This document shows, one piece after another, positions 44,743 to 55,204 of a DNA stretch of 55,426 nucleotides (position 1 is its first letter; each line of letters opens with the position of its first letter). Location: the NCBI GenBank assembly GCA_009838635.1, contig VXRE01000016.1, positions 1 to 55,426 on the forward strand, given 5' to 3'. Source of the stretch: Acidimicrobiia bacterium. GTDB taxonomy: Bacteria; Actinomycetota; Acidimicrobiia; Spongiisociales; Spongiisociaceae. Made by a program: the position numbers and the translations under genes. Under the pieces are notes generated by a model that saw only the letters and a program-made list of their open reading frames with translations, was not told the origin of the DNA and searched no databases.

Positions 44743-46428
44743 GTGGAAGTCGTCCTGGGCGTCCTGTTCCCGATCCTGGTGCTCGGCGGGGCCTTCTTTG
44801 GGCTGATCGTGGTGCTGGCCCGCCGGTCAGGACGCGACATAGGGGCCACCCTCCGGCGCTTCTTCCAGCAGGGGATGCTGCTGGCGCTGGTGATCCTGGT
44901 GGCGACCGGCGTGACCGGGCTGCTGTCGGCGTCCGACCCTGACGTGGTGGCCGGCCCCGGCTACCTGGCCTTCATGCTCTCGTGCGTGATCGTGTGCGCC
45001 CCGGCCCTGCTCCTGGTGGCGCGCCGGCAACGACGCCGCGCCGGCGGGGGGTCGGGGTTCTCGGCGGGCGGATACCTGGTCCTGGCCGAGCTGATCAGTC
45101 TGGTAACCGCCGCCACCGGCCTCTCTCTATGGGTCGGGAGCCTCTTGGAGGGCCGCTTCGACATCGCACCGGCCTCGGTGATGCTGGTTTGGGGCACGGT
45201 CTGGGCGATGCACCACCGCATGGGGCGGTCGGGCCGGCGCCAGCATGGTGTCCTGGCCGGGTCGCTCATCGGGCTGGTCACCGTCTCGGTGTTCGGGGTC
45301 CTCGTCCTGACCTGGGTCTTCGAGCGGGCGTACGACGCCGCAACCGGCGCGGTGATGCTGGTACGTGACGCCGGAGGGTTCCGGCAACCCTTGATCGAGC
45401 TGGTGGTCGGTAGCGCCATCTGGCTGCGCTACTGGGCGATGCTGGGGCAGCACGGCGAACGCACCACCCTGTGGCGGGCCTACGTGCTGCTGGCCGGGGT
45501 GGTCGGCGGGCTCTTCGCCGCCCTCGTCGGGGTCTGGAACCTCGCCTACCTGACCCTCGACTGGTGGTTCGGGAGCCCGATCGGGCCGGCCGGGCCGCAC
45601 TTCCGCCAGTTGCCCGCGACGCTCGCGTTGGTCATCGTGGGCGGGGTGGTGTGGAGGTATCACGACACCGTGATGCGTTCGGAGCGCCCGGGGAAGCGTG
45701 CCGAGGTGGACCGTGCCCACGACTACACGGTGGCCGGGGTCGGCCTGATCGCCACGGTGGGCGGGGCGGCGGCCGTGATCGCCGCCGCCGTCCAGGCCCT
45801 GACGCCCGCCACCGTTCTCTACCCGACCGATCGCTCCGAGTTCGTGGCCGCCGTCACCGTCCTGCTGGTGGGGGCGCCGCTCTGGTGGCGCCAATGGACC
45901 GGGATCCAGCGGGTCCGCAGTGCTGACCCGTCCTCCGAGGTGGCCTCCCCCACCCGGAGGATCTACCTGATCGCCCTGTTCGGGCTGGGGGGAGTGGTGG
46001 CGCTGGTCAGCCTGCTGGTGCTCGTGTACCGCGCTTTGGAGCAGGTGCTGGGGCCCGGTGTCGGCACCGGGACGGTGCTCGCGATCCGGTGGCCGCTGGC
46101 GCTGGTAGCCACCGTTGGGCTCACCGCCGCATACCACCGCACGGTGCGCCGGACCGACCTGTTGGAGGCGCCCGATCCCGAGATCCGCCGCGAGGCTCCT
46201 CCTGAGGTCGTGAGGTCGCTTACCCTCGTGGCCCGGGACAGCCGCCTGGTGGCCGAGGCGCTGGCGAAGAAAGCCGCCGTGAGGGTGCGGTACCTGGAAC
46301 GCACGGACGGCGTGGGGCGTCCGCCGGCCTTGGAGGAGGTGATGGAGATACTCGATGACCGTCCGGAACCCCATCTGCTGATCATCTCCCTCCAGGACGG
46401 CCTCGAGATCATCCCGTATGACGGGTGA
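44743..46428 (+). CDS. hypothetical polytopic membrane protein with repeated TM-pair modules and soluble C-terminal domain
   Basis: The GTG at 44743 lies 2 nt after the preceding stop. There are at least 12 hydrophobic segments. The recurring post-TM motif appears as WAMHHRMGRSGRR, WLRYWAMLGQHGER, WRYHDTVMRSERPGKR, WWRQWTGIQRVRS and AYHRTVRRTD. The ~90-aa C-terminal tail is non-hydrophobic. Confidence 0.6.
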   Translation: MEVVLGVLFPILVLGGAFFGLIVVLARRSGRDIGATLRRFFQQGMLLALVILVATGVTGLLSASDPDVVAGPGYLAFMLSCVIVCAPALLLVARRQRRRAGGGSGFSAGGYLVLAELISLVTAATGLSLWVGSLLEGRFDIAPASVMLVWGTVWAMHHRMGRSGRRQHGVLAGSLIGLVTVSVFGVLVLTWVFERAYDAATGAVMLVRDAGGFRQPLIELVVGSAIWLRYWAMLGQHGERTTLWRAYVLLAGVVGGLFAALVGVWNLAYLTLDWWFGSPIGPAGPHFRQLPATLALVIVGGVVWRYHDTVMRSERPGKRAEVDRAHDYTVAGVGLIATVGGAAAVIAAAVQALTPATVLYPTDRSEFVAAVTVLLVGAPLWWRQWTGIQRVRSADPSSEVASPTRRIYLIALFGLGGVVALVSLLVLVYRALEQVLGPGVGTGTVLAIRWPLALVATVGLTAAYHRTVRRTDLLEAPDPEIRREAPPEVVRSLTLVARDSRLVAEALAKKAAVRVRYLERTDGVGRPPALEEVMEILDDRPEPHLLIISLQDGLEIIPYDG

Positions 46429-46460
46429 CACGACCCCGGGGACGGGTACCCTGGCAGGCT

Positions 46461-46727
46461 GTGTGTCGTGGCATCAGAACCCTTCATAACTTCGCTCCGC
46501 CGGCCACGGACGAGGAGGTCGGCGCCGCCGCCCTGCAGTACGTGCGCAAGGTCTCCGGCTCGGCCCGACCGTCCCGCGCCAACCAGGATGCGTTCGATCG
46601 GGCCGTGAAGGCCATCGCCCGGGAAACCCGGACGCTGGTCGACGCGCTGGTAACCAGTGCGCCGCCCAAGAACCGGGAGGTGGAAGCCGCCAAGGCCCGA
46701 GCCCGGGCGGCCGCCCGCAGGCGCTAG
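46461..46727 (+). CDS. DUF2277-like small protein
   Basis: VCRGIRTLHNFAPPATDEEVGAAALQYVRKVSG resembles the conserved MCRNI..L...PPAT.EE N-terminus of DUF2277 proteins, from memory. The start is uncertain; the track start 46425 overlaps the preceding stop. Confidence 0.55.
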   Translation: MCRGIRTLHNFAPPATDEEVGAAALQYVRKVSGSARPSRANQDAFDRAVKAIARETRTLVDALVTSAPPKNREVEAAKARARAAARRR

Positions 46728-47041
46728 CTTCCCGCGCCGCCATTCCGCCGCGTTCTGTGACCGTGGTGGGCATGTGGGCCCGGCACCCCGACAAGGGGGT
46801 TGAACATGTCACAGCCCCACCGCATACTGCCCGGCAGTCACAAGCACCACCGGTTTCTTGCTATTTCGACGTCGAGGGAACCGGTACCGGGATCAATTCG
46901 GGAGCGGACCCGTCGGGGGATAGCGGACCGCGTTCGGACCGAAGGAGGTGGTGGCCGGGGGATGGGCCCGCCGGGTAGGGCTGTGGCCGCGTTTTTCGCG
47001 TTCTCGTCGCTCGGCCGTAGGTAACGAGCACCGGATCCGGG

Positions 47042-47863
47042 TTAGCGGCGCCTCCTGCGGAAAGCCATCTGCATGGCGTTCTGGTCGAAGTATCCGGAGG
47101 GGACGCTTCCGGCCACCGCGAAGTGGTAGAGGGCGGTCTGGTAGATGGCGCTCAGGGCCGCCACCGATGCCGCGGCGATGATTATCCAGATCACCCCGAT
47201 CAGCAGGGCCACCGCTGCGATCGTGCCCCCCGCCGAGATGCCCAGGATGATCACCGCGACGCCCGGCAGGATCAGGAGGAACCCCACCAGGCCCATGCCG
47301 ACCTGAGCGGCCAGGTTCTCGCCCCAGGTGCTGCGGAGCAGCGACCCGGACTTCTTGAAGGCGGCGCCGGCGCCGGATCCCTCGATGACGATGATCGGCA
47401 GGACCAGGAACGTGAGCACCGACCAGGCCAGGCCGAGGGCGCCGACGATGAGCTGGCCGATCAGCCCGACCCGCTCCTCGATGGCCCGCAGGATGACCGA
47501 CACGGTGGCCGACAGCAGCGCCCAAGGAACGATCTTGCCGGCCCGGCGGGCGGCGCCGCGGATGGCGCTCCCGATGGTCGGATCCCCACCCTCCAGCCGC
47601 TCGTTGGCGGCGCTGACCAGGGCGGCATTGAAGAAGATGGTGATGTAGGCCAGCACGAAGTACATCAGGAGCAGCACCAGCAGGCTGGACCCGCCCACCG
47701 TCGCGCCTCCCTGTCCCGTGAGGAAGATCGGAACGATGAAGGTGGCGGCGATGATTATGGAGGCGATCCCCGAAATGATGGGGAGCAGGATCAGCTCCTT
47801 GTCGGCCTTGAGTACGTGCCAGGAGGACCTGGCGAGGGCGAAGGAATTGGCGATTCGTGACAT
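47042..47863 (-). CDS. hypothetical polytopic membrane protein (DUF6159-like)
   Basis: MSRIANSFALARSSWHVLKADKELILLPIISGI opening followed by 5-6 TM segments. The family name is recalled from memory and not verified. Confidence 0.6.
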   Translation of the reverse strand: MSRIANSFALARSSWHVLKADKELILLPIISGIASIIIAATFIVPIFLTGQGGATVGGSSLLVLLLMYFVLAYITIFFNAALVSAANERLEGGDPTIGSAIRGAARRAGKIVPWALLSATVSVILRAIEERVGLIGQLIVGALGLAWSVLTFLVLPIIVIEGSGAGAAFKKSGSLLRSTWGENLAAQVGMGLVGFLLILPGVAVIILGISAGGTIAAVALLIGVIWIIIAAASVAALSAIYQTALYHFAVAGSVPSGYFDQNAMQMAFRRRRR

Positions 47864-47939
47864 CGGCCCATGCTACCGGAGATCACGAGTTTGGAGAACA
47901 ACCTCGCCGCGTCTCGCGGCCGGTCCGGAACTCTCCGAT

Positions 47940-49493
47940 TCAGCGGTCGGAAACCCGGAGGACCCGGCCGGCCGGAGTGTGGGACAGCCGGCCGGAGTCG
48001 ATGGCGGCCTCACCGTTGACGAAGACGTGACTCACGCCCTCGGCGGTTGCTCGGCCGTTTTCGAAGGTGGCCCGGTCCCGGATGCGGTGCGGGTCGAACA
48101 CGGTCACATCGGCCGCCGCGCCGGGGCGGATCACCCCTCGATCGGCCAGCCGGTAGCGGTCGGCGGGCATGGAGGTCATCCTCCGGATGGCATCCGGTAG
48201 CTCCAGCCATCCGCGATCCCGCACCAGGTGCGCCAGTACCCGGGCATGGGCGCCGAATCCCCGGGGGTGGGGGTGGGTTCCCCGGAAGAGGCCGTCGGAC
48301 CCCACCATGCCCAGCGGGTGGGTCATGGCCCGCCGGAGCTTGGCCTCGTCGTCCCACCGGTAGATCATCAGGACCCGGAGCCGGCACTCGGCCAGCAGGG
48401 TGCAGACCACCTCCGCCAGGCTAGGGCCGACCTGCCCGATGGCGTCGGTGAGGGAGCGTCCCTGGAGATGCTCGTAGGGACCGGCCGGCAAGGCGGAGAA
48501 GTAGGCGTTCTGCGGATCGGGTACGTACTCACGGAAGAACTCCTCGATGTGCGGCGCGGCGGCGGCCCGGACCGCCGGGTCACCCAGCTTGGAGATGAGG
48601 TGATCGGGAGGCCCGTCGTCGAACCACCGGGGTAGGCAGAAGGCCAGGTGGGAGCTGGCGGCCATGTAGGGGTAGGCATCGAAGGTGACATCGACTCCGC
48701 TATCCCTGGCGTCGGTCAGTAGCTGGTACAACTCGTCCGAACCGAAGAGGTGGGAGATGTGGACCGCCGCTCCGGACTTCCGGCCCACTTCCAGGGCCTC
48801 CTTCACCCCGGCTGCCACATCGCCCCGTATTCCCCGTACGTGTGACGAGTAGACCCCGCCGTATTCGGCCACCACCCGGGCTACCGCGATCAGCTCGTCC
48901 GTGCTCGCATGCCCGGCCGGGAAGTAGTCGAGACCCACCTGGATCCCGGAGGCGCCCGTCTCCATTCCCTGGCGGGTGAGTTCCTGCATGCGGCCGATCT
49001 CCGCCGGGTCGGCGGGACGGGGGTCCCATCCCACCGCATCGGCCCGGACCGCCAGGAAGCCCACCTGGGGAACCACGTTGATGGCCGCCCGACCGTCGAA
49101 CAGGGCCAGGTACTGCTCCGGATCCGACCACTCCCAGGCGTCGTCGGGCGGTCCGTTGAACACCTCCAGGTAGGCCAGCAGGTCCGCCACGCGGGATGGA
49201 GAGGCAGGCGTGTAGGCGAACCCGTCGGGTGCCAGCAGGTCGGTGGTGATCCCCTGCCGCAGCCGGGCCTCTACGTCTTCGCCCCTGAGTATCGAGAACT
49301 CGGAGTGCGAGTGGACGTCGATGAACCCCGGGCAGACGACCGAGCCCGCCACGTCGACGGTTCGCCGGGCCTTGCGACCCGTTAGCGAGCCGACGGCCGC
49401 GATGCGCCCGCCCGCCAGGCCCACATCGGCCCGGGCGCCGGGACTGCCCGTGCCGTCGACAACGGTGCCGGAGGTAAGCAGCCAGTCGAGCAT
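47940..49493 (-). CDS. D-aminoacylase-type amidohydrolase (N-acyl-D-amino-acid deacylase family)
   Basis: LLTSGTVVDGTG..ADVGLAGGRIAAVG..PGFIDVHSHSE N-terminus with the HxH metal motif. Length is ~515 aa. Start is set at MLDWLL. Confidence 0.8.
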   Translation of the reverse strand: MLDWLLTSGTVVDGTGSPGARADVGLAGGRIAAVGSLTGRKARRTVDVAGSVVCPGFIDVHSHSEFSILRGEDVEARLRQGITTDLLAPDGFAYTPASPSRVADLLAYLEVFNGPPDDAWEWSDPEQYLALFDGRAAINVVPQVGFLAVRADAVGWDPRPADPAEIGRMQELTRQGMETGASGIQVGLDYFPAGHASTDELIAVARVVAEYGGVYSSHVRGIRGDVAAGVKEALEVGRKSGAAVHISHLFGSDELYQLLTDARDSGVDVTFDAYPYMAASSHLAFCLPRWFDDGPPDHLISKLGDPAVRAAAAPHIEEFFREYVPDPQNAYFSALPAGPYEHLQGRSLTDAIGQVGPSLAEVVCTLLAECRLRVLMIYRWDDEAKLRRAMTHPLGMVGSDGLFRGTHPHPRGFGAHARVLAHLVRDRGWLELPDAIRRMTSMPADRYRLADRGVIRPGAAADVTVFDPHRIRDRATFENGRATAEGVSHVFVNGEAAIDSGRLSHTPAGRVLRVSDR

Positions 49494-49498
49494 GGTTG

Positions 49499-50983
49499 TC
49501 AGCCGCCCGTGGCCGCAGGCCGGTAGGGCTCGAAGAACGGCATCAGCGGCGTCTCGGCGCACAGATTCTCGATCCGGTCCGGATCGGTGGGCACGTCACG
49601 GGTCAGGATCTCGTGGCCGGATCCGGTGATCAGGACATCGTCCTCGATCCGGATGCCGATGCCCCGGAACTCCTCGGGGATCGGGTGCACCACCTTCGGG
49701 GCCTCGTCGCGCTCCTTCTTCTCGAGCTCGCGGGCCTTGGCCGGGCCGAGCAGCATGCGGCGTTCCATCTGTTCGTCGATGTCGAACTCGAGCATCGCCA
49801 ACTCGACCGCCTCCCGCTCGGGATCGACGTAGATGCCCGGCTCGACCGTGAACACCATGCCGGGCTCCAGAGGCCGGGGAGTGCCGCCGACCCGGTAGGC
49901 GCCGGCGTCGTGGACGTCGATGCCGAGCCAGTGCCCGGTGCCGTGCATGAAGAACTCCCGGTAGTGGTGCATGGGTATCGCATCCCGGGCCGGGCCCGGT
50001 AGCAGGCCCAGCTCGACCAGGCCCTCGGTGAGGACGCGGCTGGCGGCTTCCTGCTGGTCCTTCAGGCTGCCGCCGGGACGGGCCAGGGCCAGAGCGGCCT
50101 GCTGGGCGCCCAGCACCAACTCGTAGACGGCCCGCTGCGGCGCCGTGAACCGCCCGGCGGCCGGGAAGGTCCGCGTGATGTCCGCCGAGTAGTAGCCGTA
50201 CTCGGCGCCGGCGTCGATCAGCACCAGGTCTCCATCCGCGATGCGCCGGTCGTTCTCCGTGTAGTGGAGGATGCAGGCGTTGGCCCCCGACGCGACGATG
50301 GACGGGTATCCGTCGCGGCGCGCCCCGCGCATCCTGAACACGTACTCCAGCGCGGCTTGCACCTGGTACTCGAACCGGCCGGGGCGGGTGAAGCGCATGG
50401 CCTCGGCATGGGCCTCGGCGGTGATCTCGCAGGCGGCGCGGAGCAGGTCGATCTCCCGGGGGGTCTTGACGAGACGCATCTCGCCGAGCAGGGAACTCAC
50501 GTCCCGGAACTGGCTCGGGACGAGCCTGCCGTAGCGTTCGCCCAAGCCCGCGACAGCTCGCGTGAGGCTCAGTACCCGGCGGTGGAAGCCGGGGTTCCCG
50601 AACGGCAGGAACACCGTCTTGCGCCCCACCAGCCTCTTCCTGAGGACGGTGTCGAATTCCCCGATCGGGAAGGAGGCGTCGGCGCCGTAGCGTTCCCTGG
50701 CGCCATCCGTTCCGGCCCGCAGGCCGGTCCAGATCTCCCTCTCCCGGTCCTTTGGGCGCACGAACAGGACATACTGCTCGTCCGCCGCCCGGGGGTCGAG
50801 CAGCATGACGGCGTCCGGCTCGTCGAATCCGGTCAGGTAGTGGAAGGCGGAGTCCTGGCGGAACGGGTGCTCCACATCGTGGTTGCGGGTGGTCTCCGCG
50901 CCGGCGGGCAGGAGGGCGATGCCGTCACCGATGGAGGCGGCGAGGCGTTCGCGGCGCTCGGCGTGGAGGGTGAGGCTGTCCAT
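49499..50983 (-). CDS. Xaa-Pro aminopeptidase (M24B)
   Basis: LIDAGAEYGYYSADITRT, HGTGHWLGIDVHD and the IEDDVLIT pita-bread metal-ligand blocks. Start is set at MDSLTLH. Confidence 0.85.
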   Translation of the reverse strand: MDSLTLHAERRERLAASIGDGIALLPAGAETTRNHDVEHPFRQDSAFHYLTGFDEPDAVMLLDPRAADEQYVLFVRPKDREREIWTGLRAGTDGARERYGADASFPIGEFDTVLRKRLVGRKTVFLPFGNPGFHRRVLSLTRAVAGLGERYGRLVPSQFRDVSSLLGEMRLVKTPREIDLLRAACEITAEAHAEAMRFTRPGRFEYQVQAALEYVFRMRGARRDGYPSIVASGANACILHYTENDRRIADGDLVLIDAGAEYGYYSADITRTFPAAGRFTAPQRAVYELVLGAQQAALALARPGGSLKDQQEAASRVLTEGLVELGLLPGPARDAIPMHHYREFFMHGTGHWLGIDVHDAGAYRVGGTPRPLEPGMVFTVEPGIYVDPEREAVELAMLEFDIDEQMERRMLLGPAKARELEKKERDEAPKVVHPIPEEFRGIGIRIEDDVLITGSGHEILTRDVPTDPDRIENLCAETPLMPFFEPYRPAATGG

Positions 50984-50993
50984 GGAGTGGAGC

Positions 50994-51884
50994 CTACCGA
51001 GGGCGCGTCCGGTCGCCCGCGCCGCCGGAGGTGAGCCAGCCGGCCAGCGCCTCACCGATCGGGTCCGGGGAGTCCTCCTGGACGAAGTGGATTCCCCTCA
51101 CGGTGACCTCCGTCTGGTTGGGCCAGGACCGGCACACCTCCCGGGGGCGGCCCACCAGGATGGAGCCGGGGTCGGCGTTCACGAACAGCTTCGGCACATC
51201 CCAGCGGGCCAGCCGCGCCGAGTAGTCCGCGACCACGGCATGCACATCGGCCGGCCGGCCCCCGATGGGGATCTGCCGGGGCCAGGTGAGGGTGGGCCGG
51301 CGGTCCTCGCCGGGCCGGAGGAAGGGTCGCCGGTACTCGTCCATCTCGTCCTCGGTCAGGTCGCGCATCACGGAGGCAGGCAGGATCCGCTCGACGAAGA
51401 TGTTCTTGCGCAGCACCATCTCCTCCCCGGCCTCCGAGCGCATCCTCCGGAAGACCCCCCGGGCGACCTCCGGCCAGTCCTCCCAGGTCAGCGGGGTGAC
51501 GATGGCCTCCATGTAGGCCAGGCCCGATACCGAGCCGGCATGGCGCACCGCCCAGTCGAAGCCCAGCGCCGCGCCCCAGTCGTGGACCACCAGCGTCACC
51601 CGCTCGTTCACGCCGAGCAGGCGTAGCAGCTCGTCGAGGTAGCGGCGGTGCTGGACGAAGCGGTAGGCATCCGGACCGGATCCGGGCAGCTTGTCCGAGT
51701 CGCCCATCCCGATCAGGTCGGGGGCGATGCAGCGACCCAGGGGCGCGACATGGGGGAGGACGCCGCGCCAGAGGAACGATGAGGTCGGATTCCCGTGCAG
51801 GAACAGGATCGGGTCGCCCGAGCCCACGTCCACGTACGCCATGTCGAGGTCGAATACCCGGCGGGTTCGTTTCTCGAGCTTCAT
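50994..51884 (-). CDS. haloalkane dehalogenase (HLD-II-like alpha/beta hydrolase)
   Basis: LFLHGNPTSSFLWRGV and VVHDWGAALGFDWA (nucleophile Asp-Trp) closely resemble the LinB/DhaA signatures. Confidence 0.8.
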   Translation of the reverse strand: MKLEKRTRRVFDLDMAYVDVGSGDPILFLHGNPTSSFLWRGVLPHVAPLGRCIAPDLIGMGDSDKLPGSGPDAYRFVQHRRYLDELLRLLGVNERVTLVVHDWGAALGFDWAVRHAGSVSGLAYMEAIVTPLTWEDWPEVARGVFRRMRSEAGEEMVLRKNIFVERILPASVMRDLTEDEMDEYRRPFLRPGEDRRPTLTWPRQIPIGGRPADVHAVVADYSARLARWDVPKLFVNADPGSILVGRPREVCRSWPNQTEVTVRGIHFVQEDSPDPIGEALAGWLTSGGAGDRTRPR

Positions 51885-51909
51885 GTGCCTCCGGCCGGAG
51901 TACGTCGGG

Positions 51910-52572
51910 TCAGCCGGTGAACCCGGCTTCCTTGTGGGACCCGTCGCAGAGCGGTTTTTGGGCGGAGTGGCCGCACCGGCACAACGTGACCCGGTTCCTC
52001 ACCTCGAAGGGCTCACCGTCCGATCGCCTCACGGGGATCCCCCCGGTCAGCCACAACGGACCGTCGGTGATGACCGAGACCTCGACAGGCAGGGCCGGTT
52101 CGATCTCGGCTCCGTCGACCGTGTACGAGAGGGCGCCCGAGGGGCACCGTTCGATCATGGCCATCACCTGGGCCCGGACGACGCTGTCGTCGGTCTCGGG
52201 AGTCATCCTCCAGATGTTGGTTATGCGGTTGCCGCAGAAGCCGGCGTGCACGCAGATGCCGCGGTCGTCAGTCACCTCGATCCCGGTCCCGCCCAGTTCA
52301 GCACAGCGCTCCCGGAACGAATCGGTGGGCGCCGCCTCGGTGCCGTCGAATCCCACCTTGCGGTGCGTATCGTCGCAATACGGTTTGCGGGACGATTCCC
52401 CGCACCTGCACAGTGCGTAGACCTGTCTCTGATCGCTGGCCTCCTCGCTCCGCCAGGTGAGGGGTTCGCCGTGTTCCGACACGACCGCCTGCCTGACGCG
52501 CAACGGCACCGAGCCCGAGACCACGTAAGGGCCGTCGGGAATGACGGTGACGGTTACGGGCTGCTCGGCCAC
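51910..52572 (-). CDS. CDGSH iron-sulfur domain protein with central ferredoxin-like Cys cluster
   Basis: Two CDGSH motifs, CRCGESSRKPYCDDTH and CRCGHSAQKPLCDGSH, flank CVHAGFCGN...CPSGA. The GTG at 52572 is preceded by GAGGAGGAG with 5-nt spacing. The track start is 52623. Confidence 0.8.
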   Translation of the reverse strand: MAEQPVTVTVIPDGPYVVSGSVPLRVRQAVVSEHGEPLTWRSEEASDQRQVYALCRCGESSRKPYCDDTHRKVGFDGTEAAPTDSFRERCAELGGTGIEVTDDRGICVHAGFCGNRITNIWRMTPETDDSVVRAQVMAMIERCPSGALSYTVDGAEIEPALPVEVSVITDGPLWLTGGIPVRRSDGEPFEVRNRVTLCRCGHSAQKPLCDGSHKEAGFTG

Positions 52573-52643
52573 TGTCTCCTCCTCGGGACGAAGTGACCGC
52601 ACTATACGTAGCCCCGAGCGCATAGGCGTGCGGGCTACTCCGG

Positions 52644-54002
52644 TCAGGTCAGCCGGCGTCTGAGGATCCGGAGTTGCTCCCGTACCGAGGCGAAGCCGGC
52701 CCCTCCGGTCGAGCGGCGCCTGCTTACCGACCCGGCCGGGTCGGTAAGTGACAGGTCGGCGGGCTCGAACCGGGGGTCGGCCTCCACCAGATCGGCAATG
52801 GTCGCCTCCGAAAGGGACCTGCCCCCGCCGGCCAGCGTCGCCAGCATGGCGCCCACCACCCGGTGGGCTTCGCGGAACGGGACCCCTCGTTCGACCAGAG
52901 CCTCCGCCAGGTCGAGCGCGGTCACCGACGGGTCGGGCGGGGATGGGTGGAACTCGGCGCTGCCGATCAGGGCCGTCATCGCCTCCAGCGCGCCGGCCAG
53001 GGCGTCGTCGATGGTGAACAGGGCCGCCTTGTCCTCCTGCAGGTCACGGTTGTACGTCATGGGCAGACCCTTCTGGAGGGCCATCAGGCCAGTCAGCTGG
53101 CCGATGGCCGTGGCCGCCCGACCGCGGGTCAGCTCGGCTATGTCGGGGTTCTTCTTGTGCGGCATCGCTGACGAGCCGGTCGTCAGCGCGTCGCCGAACG
53201 TCACCCAACCGAATTCGGTGGTGGTCCAGAGCACGCACTCCGTCGCCAGCCTGGACAGGTGAACCAGCGCCTGGGTGCAGGCGAAGGCGTATTCGGACAC
53301 GTGGTCCCGGGCCGCAACCGCGTCCATGGAGTTCATGTACCGGCCGGCCATCCCAAGCAGCTCGGCCGAACGGTCCGGGTCGAGCGGAAGGCTGCTTCCC
53401 CCGAGCGCGCCGGCGCCTAGAGGAGAGACGTCCATTCGACGGCTCACGTCCTCGAACCGTTCGATGTCCCTCAGCGCGGTCGACACGTATGCCAGCAGGT
53501 GGTGGGCCAGCGGGACCGCCTGGGCCTGCTGGAGGTGGGTGTAGCCCGCCACCACCGTGTCCCCGACCTGCTCCGCGGCCTCCACCATCGCCAGGCAGAA
53601 CTCACGGAGACCACCGATCCTGGCGCCGGCGGAGCGGAGCAGGTAGAGGCGGAGGTCCAACGCCACCTGGTCGTTCCGGGACCGCCCGGTGTGGAGCTTT
53701 CCGGCCACCTCGCCCACCAGCTCGCCCAGCCGCCGCTCCACCGCCGAATGGACGTCCTCGTCGCTCTCCAGGAACCGGAAGGCGTTCCCGTCCGCCTCGG
53801 TCATGATGGCTTGCAGGCCTTTGGTGAGCGTGCCGGCCTCCACGCCGCTCAGCAGCCCCGTCTCGGCGAGCATGGCCACATGGGCTAGGGAGCCGGTGAT
53901 GTCCTCCCGCAGCAGGCGCCGGTCGGAGTGGTCCACGGTGAAGTCCCAGAGGATCCGGTCGGGACCCTCGGAGAAGCGTCCCCCCCACATCCGGGTGGTC
54001 AC
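52644..54002 (-). CDS. argH: argininosuccinate lyase
   Basis: [11 protein letters not shown] opening, [11 protein letters not shown] signature and ~450 aa length. Confidence 0.95.
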   Translation of the reverse strand: MTTRMWGGRFSEGPDRILWDFTVDHSDRRLLREDITGSLAHVAMLAETGLLSGVEAGTLTKGLQAIMTEADGNAFRFLESDEDVHSAVERRLGELVGEVAGKLHTGRSRNDQVALDLRLYLLRSAGARIGGLREFCLAMVEAAEQVGDTVVAGYTHLQQAQAVPLAHHLLAYVSTALRDIERFEDVSRRMDVSPLGAGALGGSSLPLDPDRSAELLGMAGRYMNSMDAVAARDHVSEYAFACTQALVHLSRLATECVLWTTTEFGWVTFGDALTTGSSAMPHKKNPDIAELTRGRAATAIGQLTGLMALQKGLPMTYNRDLQEDKAALFTIDDALAGALEAMTALIGSAEFHPSPPDPSVTALDLAEALVERGVPFREAHRVVGAMLATLAGGGRSLSEATIADLVEADPRFEPADLSLTDPAGSVSRRRSTGGAGFASVREQLRILRRRLT

Positions 54003-55204
54003 GGGATCACTCCGGGGCCGCGGCCGGCCTGCAGGCGAAGGCGGAGGGCGTTGAGCCGGATGAAGCCGGTGGCGTCGGACTGATCGTACGTCCCGCCCTC
54101 CTCGAAGGTGACCGTCTCCTGGTCATACAGGGTGTGGGAGTCGGAGCGCCGGCCCGTCACGGTGGCATTGCCCTTGTACATCCGGAGGCGGGCCTCACCG
54201 GTGACGTCGGCCTGGATCTCGTCCATGAACCGCTGGACGGCCTCCCGCTCGGGGGCGAACCAGAAGCCGTTGTAGACCATCTCGGCGTAACGTGGCATCA
54301 GTTGGTCCCGGAGGTGAGCCAACTCCCTGTCGAGGGTGATGGACTCCACGGCCCGGTGGGCGTGATGGAGCAGGGTGCCACCCGGCGTCTCGTAAACCCC
54401 CCGGTTCTTCATGCCCACGTAACGGTTCTCGACCAGGTCGACCCGACCGATCCCATGAGCACCGGCTATGCGGTTGCAGTGGCCCAGCATCTCGGCCGGC
54501 GACATCCGGACTCCGTCCACCGCCACCGGGGTGCCTCCCTCGAAGGCGATGACCACCTCCTGGGCCTGGTCGGGCGCCGCCTCGGGGTCGCGGGTCATCT
54601 GGAAGATGCCGGCCGGAGGCGCCACCCAGGGATCCTCCAGCACGCCGCCCTCGTAGGAGATGTGGAGCAGGTTGGCATCCGTGGAATAGGGCTTCTCGGG
54701 CGTGACCGGGATCGGGATGTCGTGCTTGTCGGCATACGCCACGAGGTCGGCGCGACCCCGCATCGACCACTCCCTCCAGGGGGCCACCACCCGGATGTCG
54801 GGGTTCAACGCGTAGGCGGACAACTCGAAGCGCACCTGGTCGTTGCCCTTCCCGGTAGCGCCGTGGGAGATGGCCTGCGCCCCGTACTCCTCGGCCGCCC
54901 GGACCAGCCCCTTGGCGATCACCGGGCGGGCCAGAGAGGTGCCCAGCAGGTAGTAGTTCTCGTAGACGGCGTTGGCCCGGATGGCGGGCCAAACGTACTC
55001 CTCCACGAACTCCTCGCGCAGATCCTCGGCCACGGCCTCGACCGCGCCGGTCGCGTACGCCTTGGCGACCGCCTCCTCGACCTCCTCGCCCTGGCCGACG
55101 TCCGCCGTGTAGCAGACGACTTCGTAGCCACGTTCCTCGATCAGCCACTTCAGGATGACCGATGTGTCCAGCCCTCCCGAGTACGCCAGTACCACCCGGC
55201 TCAT
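53999..55204 (-). CDS. argG: argininosuccinate synthase
   Basis: [16 protein letters not shown]-binding motif and [16 protein letters not shown]. It overlaps argH by 4 nt. Confidence 0.95.
   Translation of the reverse strand: MSRVVLAYSGGLDTSVILKWLIEERGYEVVCYTADVGQGEEVEEAVAKAYATGAVEAVAEDLREEFVEEYVWPAIRANAVYENYYLLGTSLARPVIAKGLVRAAEEYGAQAISHGATGKGNDQVRFELSAYALNPDIRVVAPWREWSMRGRADLVAYADKHDIPIPVTPEKPYSTDANLLHISYEGGVLEDPWVAPPAGIFQMTRDPEAAPDQAQEVVIAFEGGTPVAVDGVRMSPAEMLGHCNRIAGAHGIGRVDLVENRYVGMKNRGVYETPGGTLLHHAHRAVESITLDRELAHLRDQLMPRYAEMVYNGFWFAPEREAVQRFMDEIQADVTGEARLRMYKGNATVTGRRSDSHTLYDQETVTFEEGGTYDQSDATGFIRLNALRLRLQAGRGPGVIP

Noticed and set aside
46757-47024. Two overlapping small ORFs (73 and 74 aa) in the 314-bp convergent spacer between the DUF2277-like and DUF6159-like genes.
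   Set aside because: Their composition is low-complexity Gly/Arg/Pro-rich. There is no RBS-like sequence at appropriate spacing and no motif. The spacer is retained only as a place to look for an ncRNA.
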